64,000 nt of DNA, taken from contig JASMDX010000064.1 of NCBI GenBank assembly GCA_030752605.1, forward strand, positions 1 through 64,000, given 5' to 3'. Below are positions 37,127-47,227 of this stretch, piece after piece. Under the pieces are notes generated by a model that was not told the DNA's origin, did not search any database, and saw only the letters and a program-made list of their open reading frames with translations. The stretch is from Alphaproteobacteria bacterium (GTDB lineage Bacteria; Pseudomonadota; Alphaproteobacteria; GCA-2731375). The stretch's first letter is position 1; the number at the start of each line of letters is the position of its first letter. A program made the translations under genes and the position numbers.

Positions 37127-38596
37127 GTGACGGTTCTCATTAAGAACGGCCGCATCATAACGGCGGTGGATGATTACCATGCCGATATCTTCATTGGCAC
37201 CGATACGGTCTCGCTGATCGGGCTCAATCTGGAGATTGATGCGGATCATGTTATCGATGCCGCCGGCAAGCTGGTGATACCGGGCGGTGTCGATCCCCAC
37301 ACCCATATGGAGATGCCGTTTGGCGGCACCACCACATCGGACACCTTCGAGACCGGCACCAGGGCAGCGGCCTATGGCGGCACCACGACCATTGTCGATT
37401 TCGCCATTCAGACCAAGGGCACCTCAACCCTTGCCGCGCTGGATGCCTGGCACGAAAAGGCGGTGGGACGCACCGCCATCGACTATGGCTTTCACATGGT
37501 CATCACCGACATGCCGGATGAACGCCTGCCAGAGATGCGCCGATTATCAGAGGAAGGCGTCACATCCTACAAATTGTTCATGGCCTATCCCGGCGTGCTG
37601 CTATCCGATGACGGTACCATATTCAGGGCCATGCGCAAGGCCGGCGAGGATGGCACCCTGGTCTGCATGCATGCGGAAAACGGTATCGTCATCGACGAGT
37701 TGGTCAAGATCGCATTATCGGAAGGCCATATCGAACCAAAATATCATGCCCTGACCCGCCCCACGCGGCTGGAGGCGGAGGGCGCGCACCGGGCCCTGGC
37801 CATTGCCGAGGTGGCCCAGGCGCCGGTCTATCTGGTGCATCTCAGCTGCTTTGACGCCTTGGAGCAATTGCGCATGGCGCAAGCCAGGGGCGTCATGGCG
37901 CATGCGGAGACCTGCCCGCAATATCTGTTACTGGATATCGACTGCTATGACGAACCGGGTTTCGATGGCGCCAAATATGTACTGACCCCGCCCTTGCGTG
38001 AAAAATGGAATCAGGACGAACTATGGGGCGGCCTGCGCAATTCAGCCCTGGACGTGATCTCGACGGATCATTGTCCGTTCTGCATCCGCGACCAGAAAGA
38101 GATCGGCCGCGATGATTTCTCCCAGATCCCCAACGGCGGCCCCGGCGTAGAAAACCGCATGAGCCTGATTTATCACAAGGGCGTCAACCACGGGAACATC
38201 TCACTGAACCGCTTCGTCGAGCTGACCTCGACCTCGCCCGCCAAGATTTTTGGGCTGTTCCCCAAAAAGGGAACAATCGCCGTGGGCAGCGACGCCGACA
38301 TTGTTATTTTCAATCCCGACCGGGAAGAAATAATCTCGCTACACAACGCCCACACCCACCACATGAACATCGATTACAACGCCTATGAAGGCACCAAGGT
38401 GCGCGGCTTTACTGAAACCGTGCTGTCACGAGGCCAAGTGATTATCGACAAGGGCCAATATCTGGGCCAGCCCGGCGACGGCGCCTTCGTCAAGCGCGGT
38501 CCCTACGGGGGCCTGCACGCCAACAGCCGAGGTGCTGCTGCACGCACGGCACTGACAACTTCGGCCCGCCTGGGCGCCCCGGGAGCGCATCGATAG
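37127..38596 (+). CDS. dihydropyrimidinase / D-hydantoinase
   Basis: The metal-binding motifs PGGVDPHTHM and the cyclic amidohydrolase family are recognised. The start is a GTG after GGGGAGAGGGG. Confidence 0.85.
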   Translation: MTVLIKNGRIITAVDDYHADIFIGTDTVSLIGLNLEIDADHVIDAAGKLVIPGGVDPHTHMEMPFGGTTTSDTFETGTRAAAYGGTTTIVDFAIQTKGTSTLAALDAWHEKAVGRTAIDYGFHMVITDMPDERLPEMRRLSEEGVTSYKLFMAYPGVLLSDDGTIFRAMRKAGEDGTLVCMHAENGIVIDELVKIALSEGHIEPKYHALTRPTRLEAEGAHRALAIAEVAQAPVYLVHLSCFDALEQLRMAQARGVMAHAETCPQYLLLDIDCYDEPGFDGAKYVLTPPLREKWNQDELWGGLRNSALDVISTDHCPFCIRDQKEIGRDDFSQIPNGGPGVENRMSLIYHKGVNHGNISLNRFVELTSTSPAKIFGLFPKKGTIAVGSDADIVIFNPDREEIISLHNAHTHHMNIDYNAYEGTKVRGFTETVLSRGQVIIDKGQYLGQPGDGAFVKRGPYGGLHANSRGAAARTALTTSARLGAPGAHR

Positions 38597-38608
38597 CCCT
38601 GGCGGCGT

Positions 38609-38629
38609 AGCGGGAGTTCCCGTTTGATT
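38609..38629 (+). terminator. small hairpin CGGG-AGTT-CCCG followed by TTTGATTG
   Basis: It lies 13 nt after the hydantoinase stop. The stem is short and was read by eye. Confidence 0.3.
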
Positions 38630-38639
38630 GGAGGAGCTG

Positions 38640-39095
38640 AAGCTAACGACTTTGGGCGTCTAGTGGAGAGCTTCATGCGCAACTGCATCCTGACGACCAG
38701 AAACTCGATCACGGCGAAGATCGCGCCGTATTTGAGGAGATCCTCCGCTCCGTGAACCTGCATTTGTTCGTGTTTGAAGATAGGGACATGATTATCCAAG
38801 CGACCTGCTACCTGAATATTATTCTCAATATTACGCGCTGCATCTCACTAGGGAAGCATTGAAAACGTCGTGACGGAAGAGACCTTGCACTACATGGGTA
38901 TCAGCAAAGAAATCATCAGGCACACGCTACGATTTGCTTGGAACAAGGGTTGCTACAAGATATGTTGCAAACAGGGACAAAACGGGAAGTGACACGCAAC
39001 TTCGATACACCCTTCGGCTTTCGCGGCGACGAGAAATTTGGATTTTTCGCACAGCCTCCCGGCGGCAATAGCTAGAACACGTTCTAAAATTGAAA
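38640..39095 (+). other. AT-rich decayed region with frameshifted ORF fragments (possibly an acetyltransferase-like remnant)
   Basis: GC here is visibly lower than in the surroundings. Three short frames read ...VFEEILRSVNLHLFVFEDRDMIIQ..., ...LRFAWNKGCYKI... and ...GFRGDEKFGFF... No intact ORF longer than 100 aa is present. Confidence 0.2.
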
Positions 39096-39120
39096 AATAA
39101 TCGAGTATGGAGTTTCCAGA

Positions 39121-39651
39121 TTGAGACGCGCAACCGGCTCACACACCATCGTCGATCAGTTAGTCATTGGTCTGATCGAGGGCATCATGACTGTATTTGG
39201 CCTTATCGTTCTTGTCTTTCCTTTGGCGTTGTGGGCGGTGCCCCAGCACGGCGCACTGGCCAACACGGTTTTCTATATTGTCTTGTTGGCAGGCGGTGGG
39301 TCCTTGATTTCCCTGATTGCCCTGGCATATTTGAAAGGCCTGTTATTTCCCAGCCGTTTGGATCAAGACGCACCAATGGGCGGGAAAGCTCGTCTGGAAG
39401 CCTACAAGGCTTGGGGGCAGACACAGGACGATGCCCACAGGGTGGAAAAGCAAATACGGTCCATGAAGGGGGGGGCCCTGCACAATTTCGGCTATATGGT
39501 TCGCATCGCCACCCTACTGAGCACGGTCGTCGCGTCCCTGTATCTCGGCACCTGGGCCTTCATGGATTTTTACTACGGCTCCACGGAGGTTTTATCCGCC
39601 GATGCGAGGTGGGAGCTACTCCATCCAGATGCTTGGGAGTGGGGGAAATAG
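39121..39651 (+). CDS. hypothetical membrane protein
   Basis: There are 3-4 predicted TM helices. The start is uncertain, either the TTG at 39121 or the ATG at 39187 with GAGGG. Confidence 0.45.
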   Translation: MRRATGSHTIVDQLVIGLIEGIMTVFGLIVLVFPLALWAVPQHGALANTVFYIVLLAGGGSLISLIALAYLKGLLFPSRLDQDAPMGGKARLEAYKAWGQTQDDAHRVEKQIRSMKGGALHNFGYMVRIATLLSTVVASLYLGTWAFMDFYYGSTEVLSADARWELLHPDAWEWGK

Positions 39652-39673
39652 GGCACGTTCGGAGTATTCCGGC

Positions 39674-40801
39674 TCAATCTCCGTCCTCGATAAATTCAAA
39701 ATCCTGCCGCCTTTCCACCGGCATGGCGGCGAGGAAATCCTTGGCATCGCTGGCCGACATTGCTTCGACACTGCCATCTTCGTGCTGGACGACCACGCCG
39801 CCCTGCTGCAAGGAAGTGATACGGCGGTCACGCTCGGCCCGTTCCGGGTCGCAGACCAGGGCGCAATTGCCACAGGTTGTGGATAAATCACGGCCGCCGA
39901 AACCGAACACCATGGGCTGCTTGTTGGTCACGCCGTCCGGCGCGGGACGGCGGTTGAAAGGCGGGATGGCCTGACGGTAGGCGCCCTTCAACTCCTTATC
40001 ATCATTGGGGATGGGGAAACGGCCCGGCGACCAAGTCGACCAGCGGCGATTCTTGGCTAGGCCGTTGTAGCCGGCGCAGACATAGGTACAGCGGGCATAG
40101 TCGCGCCGTTCCGTATAGGTGAATTCGCGCCCGCCCATGGTGACCGTAACCTTGTCCTTTTTGCCAAAGCGGAAAAAGCCGGATGGACACGAGGCATTGC
40201 AGGCTTGGCACTCGTCGCAATAGTTATCCTCTTCCGCCAGGGGCTGGTCGGCGGTCAGGGGCACATCGGAAACAGCGGTGGCGAAGACCACATTGGGGCC
40301 ATGCTCCGGCGTCAGCACATTACCGGAGAAACCGAACCAGCCAAGGCCGCTGCGGATCGCCAGATAACGGTGCGACAGATCGGGCTGTTGTTCGATGTAC
40401 CTGACGTCGTTACCGGCGCGGTAGACCGAATTCGACATTACAGCCACCGCCTCGGCCCCAAACTGGCCCAGATAGCTGGCCACCTGTCCGGCGATGCCGC
40501 TTGCCATAGTGTTGGAATGGTTCTGATCCCGCTGATGGCCGTGCCGGTCTTTCTTGGAGAGATAGGCGCGGATATTGTCCGCATCATAGGGCACGGCAAA
40601 GGTTATCGCGGACCTGGCGCTACCCAGAATATGGTTGAGATCGGTCGAGGGCGGGCCACCAGCCAGGGAGTCCAGATCATTGATACCGACCGAAGTAGCG
40701 CCGTAGGCCAACGCTACCTCCTTGATTTTCTTCTGCATGTCCTTGATGGAAACCGTGCCCGCGGCACCATGCATCATGCCATCGGCATATTTCTCAACCA
40801 T
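39674..40801 (-). CDS. QueG/reductive-dehalogenase-superfamily 4Fe-4S protein (epoxyqueuosine-reductase-like, divergent)
   Basis: The N-terminus is like QueG (DMQKKIKEVALAYGATSVGIN), with AIRSGLGWFG and the ferredoxin motifs CDECQACNASCP and CGNCALVCDP. The second cluster is spaced much farther than in QueG. The start is uncertain (40801, 40825 or 40858). Confidence 0.6.
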   Translation of the reverse strand: MVEKYADGMMHGAAGTVSIKDMQKKIKEVALAYGATSVGINDLDSLAGGPPSTDLNHILGSARSAITFAVPYDADNIRAYLSKKDRHGHQRDQNHSNTMASGIAGQVASYLGQFGAEAVAVMSNSVYRAGNDVRYIEQQPDLSHRYLAIRSGLGWFGFSGNVLTPEHGPNVVFATAVSDVPLTADQPLAEEDNYCDECQACNASCPSGFFRFGKKDKVTVTMGGREFTYTERRDYARCTYVCAGYNGLAKNRRWSTWSPGRFPIPNDDKELKGAYRQAIPPFNRRPAPDGVTNKQPMVFGFGGRDLSTTCGNCALVCDPERAERDRRITSLQQGGVVVQHEDGSVEAMSASDAKDFLAAMPVERRQDFEFIEDGD

Positions 40802-40903
40802 TCTAAATACCCTGATCCAATCCATGACAACTAAACCATCAATTGTACAGCCACACAAAGCGCAAGAGTTAATTATATTAAATTAAGAATTGCGTCCCCA
40901 TAA

Positions 40904-41608
40904 CTAGGTCCGATCAAGAAAGCCTAAGATCCAGGCAGCAGCAGCGGCTTCATCGGTTGGCGTGGACATACTATCAAGGGCGGCATCGGCCGTGACGGGG
41001 CCGATAATATCCCGGCGCACCCGGAGCAATTCGCTGGCGAAGTCCCTGGTCAATTCCGGGTGGTTTTGGATGCTCAGTACGTTCGCTCCAATGGTCATGA
41101 TGCCAATAGGACAAAAGTCGCTGCCGCCGTGCACTTCCGCGCCTGGTGGCGGCGTTACGACCTGGTCCTGATGAGAGGCCAACAGGGACAGGCTTTGTAG
41201 TGGCGGCACCATCCAATCCGCCGTGTTCGTAACTTCATGGCTGTGCACGCCAACGCCCCAACCGGACGCATTTTTCACCTCGCCGCCAAAGGCTTGGGCG
41301 ATCAACTGGTGGCCAAAACAAATGCCGACGACGGGCCGGGTTTCTGACGCCGTCCGCGTAAAAGCCTCCAACAAAGGGATCCAGGCATCGCCGTCGTAGA
41401 CCGCGGCCGCAGCGCCGGTGATCAGCCAGCCGTCGCATTCTTCCGCAGCCTGGGGAAATTCACCATCATAACAGAGATAGGAGCGTAACTTCGGCCCCTC
41501 ACCGGTGGAATCCAGGAAATTCTGAAAGGCATCCGAGAAAGATGTCAAATAGCCGTGAAATTCTGGCGCTACCGCGCCCGCTTCAAGTATGCCGATGGTC
41601 AAGGCCAT
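40904..41608 (-). CDS. class I glutamine amidotransferase-like protein
   Basis: The catalytic-Cys motif is VVGICFGHQLIAQAFGG, with NHPE nearby. The product is 234 aa. Confidence 0.7.
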   Translation of the reverse strand: MALTIGILEAGAVAPEFHGYLTSFSDAFQNFLDSTGEGPKLRSYLCYDGEFPQAAEECDGWLITGAAAAVYDGDAWIPLLEAFTRTASETRPVVGICFGHQLIAQAFGGEVKNASGWGVGVHSHEVTNTADWMVPPLQSLSLLASHQDQVVTPPPGAEVHGGSDFCPIGIMTIGANVLSIQNHPELTRDFASELLRVRRDIIGPVTADAALDSMSTPTDEAAAAAWILGFLDRT

Positions 41609-41613
41609 GGCTA

Positions 41614-42528
41614 CTAATCGACTAGATTGCCCTTTTCATCACGGACCTCAGGCCCGCGGACACGGGCGCGGCCATCACCGAAACCTTCGTCACGGCCCGC
41701 TAGCGCGGCCTTGAGACCATCGGCACGGGCGACCTTGCGGAAACTGCGTGTGCCGGGCGCCAAATGGGCGCGGGCATCGTTCTCAGCCGCCAGCCGTTGC
41801 AGGGTCCTCGCACCCATCAGTTCAAGCCCCAAATTGACGATACGTTTGTTGGCGGTCAGCAGATCGGGATCAATCTTGGCCAGGCGGCTGGCCAGGCCCT
41901 CGACCTCAGCCTCCAGCAAATCGCTAGGCACGGATTTCATCACCAGGCCGATCTCCACCGCCTCTGCGCCTGTAATGGTATCGCCGGTCAGTACCAGGCG
42001 CTTGGCCCATTGCGGCCCACAATGATAAACCCACATCTGGTTCGGCAACGATCCGAGGTCGCGGGCGGGGGGAAAGCCGATCACCGCATCATCCGCCGCA
42101 ATCACCATGTCGCACAGCAAGGCAATATCGGTGCCACCCGCCAGACAATGGCCATGGATTTGCGCAATGGTGGGTTTGTGCATATCAAACAGCACCATGC
42201 GCAGGCGCTGGCTGTATTCCAGGCGCCAGATATCATCATCAATGGTGGGATCGGCATAGATGCCGCCGTCGCGATAACTGCGTCCGGGACGGCCACCGGC
42301 GGGTGGGTTGTTCAGGCCCGGTGTAAGATCATAGCCGGCGCTAAACGAGGGTCCCGCGCCGCGAATGATAATGCCATGGACCTCCTTGTCGTTGTCCGCC
42401 TCCCACAGGGCCTCGTTAAACTCTTCCAGCAGCGGCACAGAGAGGGCATTACGCTTTTCCGGCCGGTTCAGAGTAATACAGGCGCGACCGTCGACGGCCT
42501 CGTAAAGGATATGCTCAAACTGATTCAT
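41614..42528 (-). CDS. enoyl-CoA hydratase/isomerase (crotonase) family protein
   Basis: The motifs ITLNRPEKRNAL and GAGPSFSAGYDL are present. It lies 5 nt upstream of the GATase gene. Confidence 0.8.
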   Translation of the reverse strand: MNQFEHILYEAVDGRACITLNRPEKRNALSVPLLEEFNEALWEADNDKEVHGIIIRGAGPSFSAGYDLTPGLNNPPAGGRPGRSYRDGGIYADPTIDDDIWRLEYSQRLRMVLFDMHKPTIAQIHGHCLAGGTDIALLCDMVIAADDAVIGFPPARDLGSLPNQMWVYHCGPQWAKRLVLTGDTITGAEAVEIGLVMKSVPSDLLEAEVEGLASRLAKIDPDLLTANKRIVNLGLELMGARTLQRLAAENDARAHLAPGTRSFRKVARADGLKAALAGRDEGFGDGRARVRGPEVRDEKGNLVD

Positions 42529-42537
42529 TTCCGAAGC

Positions 42538-43020
42538 CTAATGCTCTTGTGCCCGACCTCTACGTCCAACCGGGCGCATGACCTTCAATAGCCAGAATAT
42601 GATGCAAAAAACACCGGTTAAAATGACCAAAGCAACCACCGCCGCCAGGCGTTTGCCAAAGGCCTCATCCAGGCTGTAGCCGGGCGCCAACAGGTAAACA
42701 CAAAGGATCTGCACCGCCTGCAAGGCAGCACCTGCCGAAAACAGAATGGCGATGAAGGTGGAACCGCGCAACGAGGTCAGCACCATGCTCTCAACACTGC
42801 GCTGCTGGACAATGTGGGATTGATAGGCCCGCCAATGGTAACCGCAGAAACCGGCTATACCGACAATGACAACAGCCCACAGAATAGAATTTTCATAACT
42901 CAAACCGTTCAGGACCAGATTGAACAGATCCTCAAACGGTTTGTAGAAATACAAAAAGATCAGAACGACGATATAGATAATAAAGCCCACAAGGGTCCAG
43001 AACCACTGCCACCCATTCAT
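42538..43020 (-). CDS. small polytopic membrane protein (paralog of 21770..22288)
   Basis: It shares the N-terminal motif LIFLYFYKPFE and the 4-helix topology. It lies 9 nt upstream of the crotonase gene. Confidence 0.5.
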   Translation of the reverse strand: MNGWQWFWTLVGFIIYIVVLIFLYFYKPFEDLFNLVLNGLSYENSILWAVVIVGIAGFCGYHWRAYQSHIVQQRSVESMVLTSLRGSTFIAILFSAGAALQAVQILCVYLLAPGYSLDEAFGKRLAAVVALVILTGVFCIIFWLLKVMRPVGRRGRAQEH

Positions 43021-43103
43021 ATGCCGTCCCCTTTGAACCTTATCCTGTGCCGCATTTTAGCCGTCACGATGGCCGCGCGATAGGGTCAAATGCCGGCAAT
43101 TAT

Positions 43104-43910
43104 TCACTTCAATGCATCCGAGATCAAACGGCCAAAGATAACCATCTCCGGACTGGTCCCACGATAGGTATCAAGGGCAGAAAGAATGGCCGGAATTTCC
43201 GCCATGTCAGGCATCGCGGCATCCGGTATCGGTGGCAGTTGAGCAAACAGCTCCACCACCGCTCCGTCCACACCCGCCAACAACGCCACCCGTGCGGCGT
43301 CGGTTCCGGGCGCGGTGAACAGCGGTACCAGGACCCGGGCCAGGTGCGAAAAATAGGCCGGCCAACGGGCCAAAATACGATAGAGTCCGGGCACGAATGG
43401 CGTGCCATCCACATCCGTTCCCAATTTCAACAAGGACGTACGAGTGTCCTCATCCGCCAAGGCCGGATCGAGCATTGTGGGCAGGACCGGCAGGGCCTCG
43501 GGCGGTTGCCAGCCGGCGCCGGGCCAGCCGGCGCCTTGGGGCCGCTCCTCCGCCAGCAGATGACGCAGTAGACCGGCGAACATCAGATTGACCGGCGCCA
43601 CCCGGACAAAGCCGGCGCAGACCTGGGCCACCAGCCGCAGATCACCTCCGGAAAGACCAAATTCCCGTGCATCGAACGACGCCAGAGGCGGCAGTGGTAA
43701 ATCGGTGGCGACCCGCCAACCGGCGTCTTGTGCCTGCCCGGACCGAAAGGCCGGGTTCAACGCGGCCCAGCTCCACTCCAGCCAGCCCGGCTTGGTCGCC
43801 AGATGGCGCTGCAATGACGAGACATAGGGCACGGCCCAAAGCTGGCGGATTTCTTCGTAGATCCCCGCGATCTCACCCGTGGCCGCGTCTTCCGGCAGCT
43901 CCACCAGCAT
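43104..43910 (-). CDS. DehI-family protein (halocarboxylic acid dehalogenase DehI-like)
   Basis: The N-terminal signature GEIAGIYEEIRQLWAVPYVSSLQRHLATKPGWLEWSW resembles the DehI family. The start is taken at ATG 43910; the longer ORF would overlap the amidase by 90 nt. Confidence 0.45.
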   Translation of the reverse strand: MLVELPEDAATGEIAGIYEEIRQLWAVPYVSSLQRHLATKPGWLEWSWAALNPAFRSGQAQDAGWRVATDLPLPPLASFDAREFGLSGGDLRLVAQVCAGFVRVAPVNLMFAGLLRHLLAEERPQGAGWPGAGWQPPEALPVLPTMLDPALADEDTRTSLLKLGTDVDGTPFVPGLYRILARWPAYFSHLARVLVPLFTAPGTDAARVALLAGVDGAVVELFAQLPPIPDAAMPDMAEIPAILSALDTYRGTSPEMVIFGRLISDALK

Positions 43911-43924
43911 CTGATCAGCCACCG

Positions 43925-45346
43925 TCAGACCGTCAGCGGTGGGCGGCGCAGATGCCACTCCGTGGCTTGCTCGTAAGCATAGGCGACCTGCAATAGCAAC
44001 GGCTCTTCGAACCAAGGGCCCAACAGTTGCAAGCCAATCGGCAGGCCGGCTTTCGTAAAGCCACAGGGAATGGAGATCGCTGGCTGGCCGGTAAAGGCCG
44101 CCAGCCGGGTCAATTGCCCCAGCGCCTTCCAGCCGATGACTTCCCGCTCACCCACCATAGTCTTGCCCGTGGCGATAGGCACCGAGGGGATCACCGCCGT
44201 CGGCATGGCCAGAATAGGTGTTTGCGACAAAACCCCGGCCATTTCCTGACGCACCCGTGTTTGAGTTTGCCGCGCCCTGATGTAATCCGTAGCGCTCAAA
44301 CCTTCGCCCAGGCGCAGGCGCTCGTTGACATCCGGCGACAGCTGGTCGGCATAATCACGCAGATGGCCATCGTGCACCGTGTGGGCCTCGCCCATGGCCA
44401 CGACATTCCAGCCCTGAGTGGCATCCCGATTAAAGGACAGCACCGCCTCCTCCACTGCCGCGCCCAGGTCCTGCAGCACGCCCAGGGCAACGTGCACGGC
44501 GGCCTCGACCTCCCCATCCAGGCGATCAAAGAAGAAGTCGCGCGGCACGCCGATACGCAGGCCATCCAGGGGCCGGCCCAGCAACGCGGTATAGTCGTCG
44601 GCCACCCTGGCGTTCGCGGTCGACGGATCGGCCGGGTCGGCGCCGGCGATGGCGGTCAGTACCAAAGCGGCGTCGCGCACTGTACGCGTCAGGGGGCCGC
44701 CGTGATCAAGGCTTTCACACAATGGATAGATGCCGGAGCGGGAAGCCAGGCCATAGGTCTGCTTCAAGCCAACGACGCCACACAGGGAGGCTGGAATACG
44801 GATTGATCCGCCGGTATCACTGCCTAGGGTGGCCATGGCCAGGGCGGCGGAGGTGGCGCAACCGGACCCCGATGAGGAACCGCCGGAGACATAATCTATG
44901 TTCCATGGGTTCCGCGCGGTGCCTACGTGTGGGTTGATACCCGTGGGGCCAAAGGCGAATTCATGCAGGTTCAACATCCCCACCATGACGGCGCCGGCCT
45001 CACGCAGGCGAGCAACGGATGTGGCGTCCGTATTGGCGATGTCTTCGGACAGCAGTTTCGAACCACAGGTGCGTTCCATGCCCGCGACCTGAAACAGATC
45101 CTTAACGGCCATGGGAATGCCATGCAACGGCCCGCGATAGTTACCGGCGGCGATTTCGGCCTCCGCCTCCTTAGCCGCCGCTATTGCGGCATCGGGATAG
45201 AGGGAGATATAGGCATTCAAATCTGGGTTCAACGCCTCGATCCGGGCCAGTTGACTTTGCATCACCTCGACGGGGGAGACCTCACGCGCGGCAATCATCG
45301 TGGCTAACGATGCGATATCCATTTGGGCCAATTCGTCGATACTCAT
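43925..45346 (-). CDS. amidase (amidase-signature family, GatA-like)
   Basis: The amidase-signature segment GGSSSGSGCATSAALAMATLGSDTGGSIRIPAS is present. The start at ATG 45346 has GGAGG and overlaps the upstream gene stop (ATGA). Confidence 0.8.
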   Translation of the reverse strand: MSIDELAQMDIASLATMIAAREVSPVEVMQSQLARIEALNPDLNAYISLYPDAAIAAAKEAEAEIAAGNYRGPLHGIPMAVKDLFQVAGMERTCGSKLLSEDIANTDATSVARLREAGAVMVGMLNLHEFAFGPTGINPHVGTARNPWNIDYVSGGSSSGSGCATSAALAMATLGSDTGGSIRIPASLCGVVGLKQTYGLASRSGIYPLCESLDHGGPLTRTVRDAALVLTAIAGADPADPSTANARVADDYTALLGRPLDGLRIGVPRDFFFDRLDGEVEAAVHVALGVLQDLGAAVEEAVLSFNRDATQGWNVVAMGEAHTVHDGHLRDYADQLSPDVNERLRLGEGLSATDYIRARQTQTRVRQEMAGVLSQTPILAMPTAVIPSVPIATGKTMVGEREVIGWKALGQLTRLAAFTGQPAISIPCGFTKAGLPIGLQLLGPWFEEPLLLQVAYAYEQATEWHLRRPPLTV

Positions 45347-46425
45347 TCCACAGCCTCCGGGATCGCAACGATTAACAAAATACCGTAAATGGCAACGAAG
45401 ATCGTGTCTTTGACCGCGCCCAAGCCCTGCTTGCCTTCGTTGCCCTGGATCAACATGACGATGATCTCTAAAACGAAGGCGATGATGGCCAGAAAGAAGA
45501 ACGGCCAGACCGTGCTCCACCACGAGATCTCCGGTAGGGGCGCGGCGCCCTCGGGCACAGTCTTCATGGCGCGCCAGATCAGCAACAGGATCGGCAGGGC
45601 GATGAGATAAGCATGCGCCAGCAGAAAACGCAGCCGCGTGCGGGTCCGATCCAACACCCAAAAGACCAGAAAAAACAGCGCCACATAAAGTACATCCCAG
45701 AACATCGCGGCGTATTCTTCGCCTCCGGGGTCTTGCCGCAGGTTGAGGAAAGCCAGGATCAACAGGATTGTAATGGCATCACAGAGCAGCCATTCCCGGA
45801 AGTTCTCCGCCACGTCCTTGACGTTCCAGCCCCGCGAGGCCTTGTCGAACAGCAACACCAGAGCTACCGCCAGAGAGGCCGGATAGATCAGGCCCAGAAC
45901 CAGTGAATACTGCTCGGCCCGGGGCAGATAAATCCAATTCAACAGCAAGAACGCGGCCAGCAGGCCCAACAGACCCAACAGGCGCAGTCCCGCCGGCGTT
46001 GGCTGGGTCGCCGCATCGGGAACGGCGGCCGCGGTCTCCGCCGGCGCCGAAGCGGCGCCGATTGACGGTGCCGCCGGCGCGGCACTTTGCCCTGATCTCT
46101 GGGCCACCAGAAAAATCAGGAAGCCGATCAGGCCCAGACCGCCGACAACCAGCATAATGACGACAAAGGTGATGGCCCGGCCATCGGCCCGCCAGTCCGC
46201 CGCCTGGCCCAACAGGCCCTCAGTGGAAAATTGCCAGATTGCGAGCACCGCAATGACCAACAGCAACAGCGCGGCCAAGAGGTATTGATACCATCGGTTG
46301 GCGCCGCCGCCGCCGTCCTTCGATTGAGCAACCGTCCGGCCAATGAGAAAGACCAAGAACGCCAGCATGCCGACAACGGCGATGGCGATCATGACCTCCA
46401 GAAATATAATTGACCGACTATCCAC
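45343..46425 (-). CDS. hypothetical polytopic membrane protein (360 aa) with an Ala/Pro-rich linker
   Basis: The protein has a hydrophobic profile throughout. There is no family call. Confidence 0.5.
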   Translation of the reverse strand: MDSRSIIFLEVMIAIAVVGMLAFLVFLIGRTVAQSKDGGGGANRWYQYLLAALLLLVIAVLAIWQFSTEGLLGQAADWRADGRAITFVVIMLVVGGLGLIGFLIFLVAQRSGQSAAPAAPSIGAASAPAETAAAVPDAATQPTPAGLRLLGLLGLLAAFLLLNWIYLPRAEQYSLVLGLIYPASLAVALVLLFDKASRGWNVKDVAENFREWLLCDAITILLILAFLNLRQDPGGEEYAAMFWDVLYVALFFLVFWVLDRTRTRLRFLLAHAYLIALPILLLIWRAMKTVPEGAAPLPEISWWSTVWPFFFLAIIAFVLEIIVMLIQGNEGKQGLGAVKDTIFVAIYGILLIVAIPEAVE

Positions 46426-46473
46426 CGTGCCCCAAATCCTGCGTTAGTTTCTTAAATCCAATCACTTCGACGG

Positions 46474-47226
46474 CTATGCCCGCAGCGTTACGTCAAAGCG
46501 ATCCTTGAAGGCTTGGCGTAGGGTCTCGAACCGCACGCCAGCCCGGATCACCGAGAAATCTCGAAAGTCTATGATAGTTGATGATCGGCCCTGGTGGTTA
46601 GCATATTGCGACAGGCCGTAATCGAAACTGAGATCCGCCGCTGCCCGCACCGCTTCGTCAATGTCGTCCAGACGGTACTTGCTGCCCGACAAAGAAAGAT
46701 TGGCAGAGGAACCGAACACCGGCATTTCACGGTCCCAAGCCTGGCGGGCGATTTCGTCGTGCACCTGCCCAGCGTTCAACAGCATATCCAGGGTACCGGC
46801 CTTGGATGATGATTCCAGAACAAACGGATCCACTCTGGCCAAAATGGGATGATCTTCGCGAAACGGCGCCACCACGGAAAATGGCAGACCGACCTGTTCG
46901 ACCATTTCCCTCACCATGCCGTGCCGGTCCGCCGCCATGATATGCAACTCCGCGCTCATGGCATAATTGCCAAACATGCCGGAGGGTTTTTCGTAGCTCC
47001 GTTGCTTGGTATCAAAAATGCGGCGGATACCCTGGGGCGTGGCGGCCAGGATAGCATATGCCACATCCAGGGGGGCAATGGCGACACCGCCCGCCGCTAG
47101 ACAATCCAGCAGGGCGCCCACTTCGGCGGAGAGTTGTTCGGGTCCCACCGCATCCTGGGTCCGCCGCTCGTCCGGGGCGCCAGGCTCTATCGTTGTTTCG
47201 GCCTCGATCATGCTACTTACCACCAT
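46474..47226 (-). CDS. YrdC/Sua5-family protein (L-threonylcarbamoyladenylate synthase-like)
   Basis: The YrdC-domain core LLDCLAAGGVAIAPLDVAYAI and ...VFGSSANLSG are present. The start is taken at ATG 47226, 1 nt after the upp stop. Confidence 0.7.
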   Translation of the reverse strand: MVVSSMIEAETTIEPGAPDERRTQDAVGPEQLSAEVGALLDCLAAGGVAIAPLDVAYAILAATPQGIRRIFDTKQRSYEKPSGMFGNYAMSAELHIMAADRHGMVREMVEQVGLPFSVVAPFREDHPILARVDPFVLESSSKAGTLDMLLNAGQVHDEIARQAWDREMPVFGSSANLSLSGSKYRLDDIDEAVRAAADLSFDYGLSQYANHQGRSSTIIDFRDFSVIRAGVRFETLRQAFKDRFDVTLRA

Positions 47227-47227
47227 G

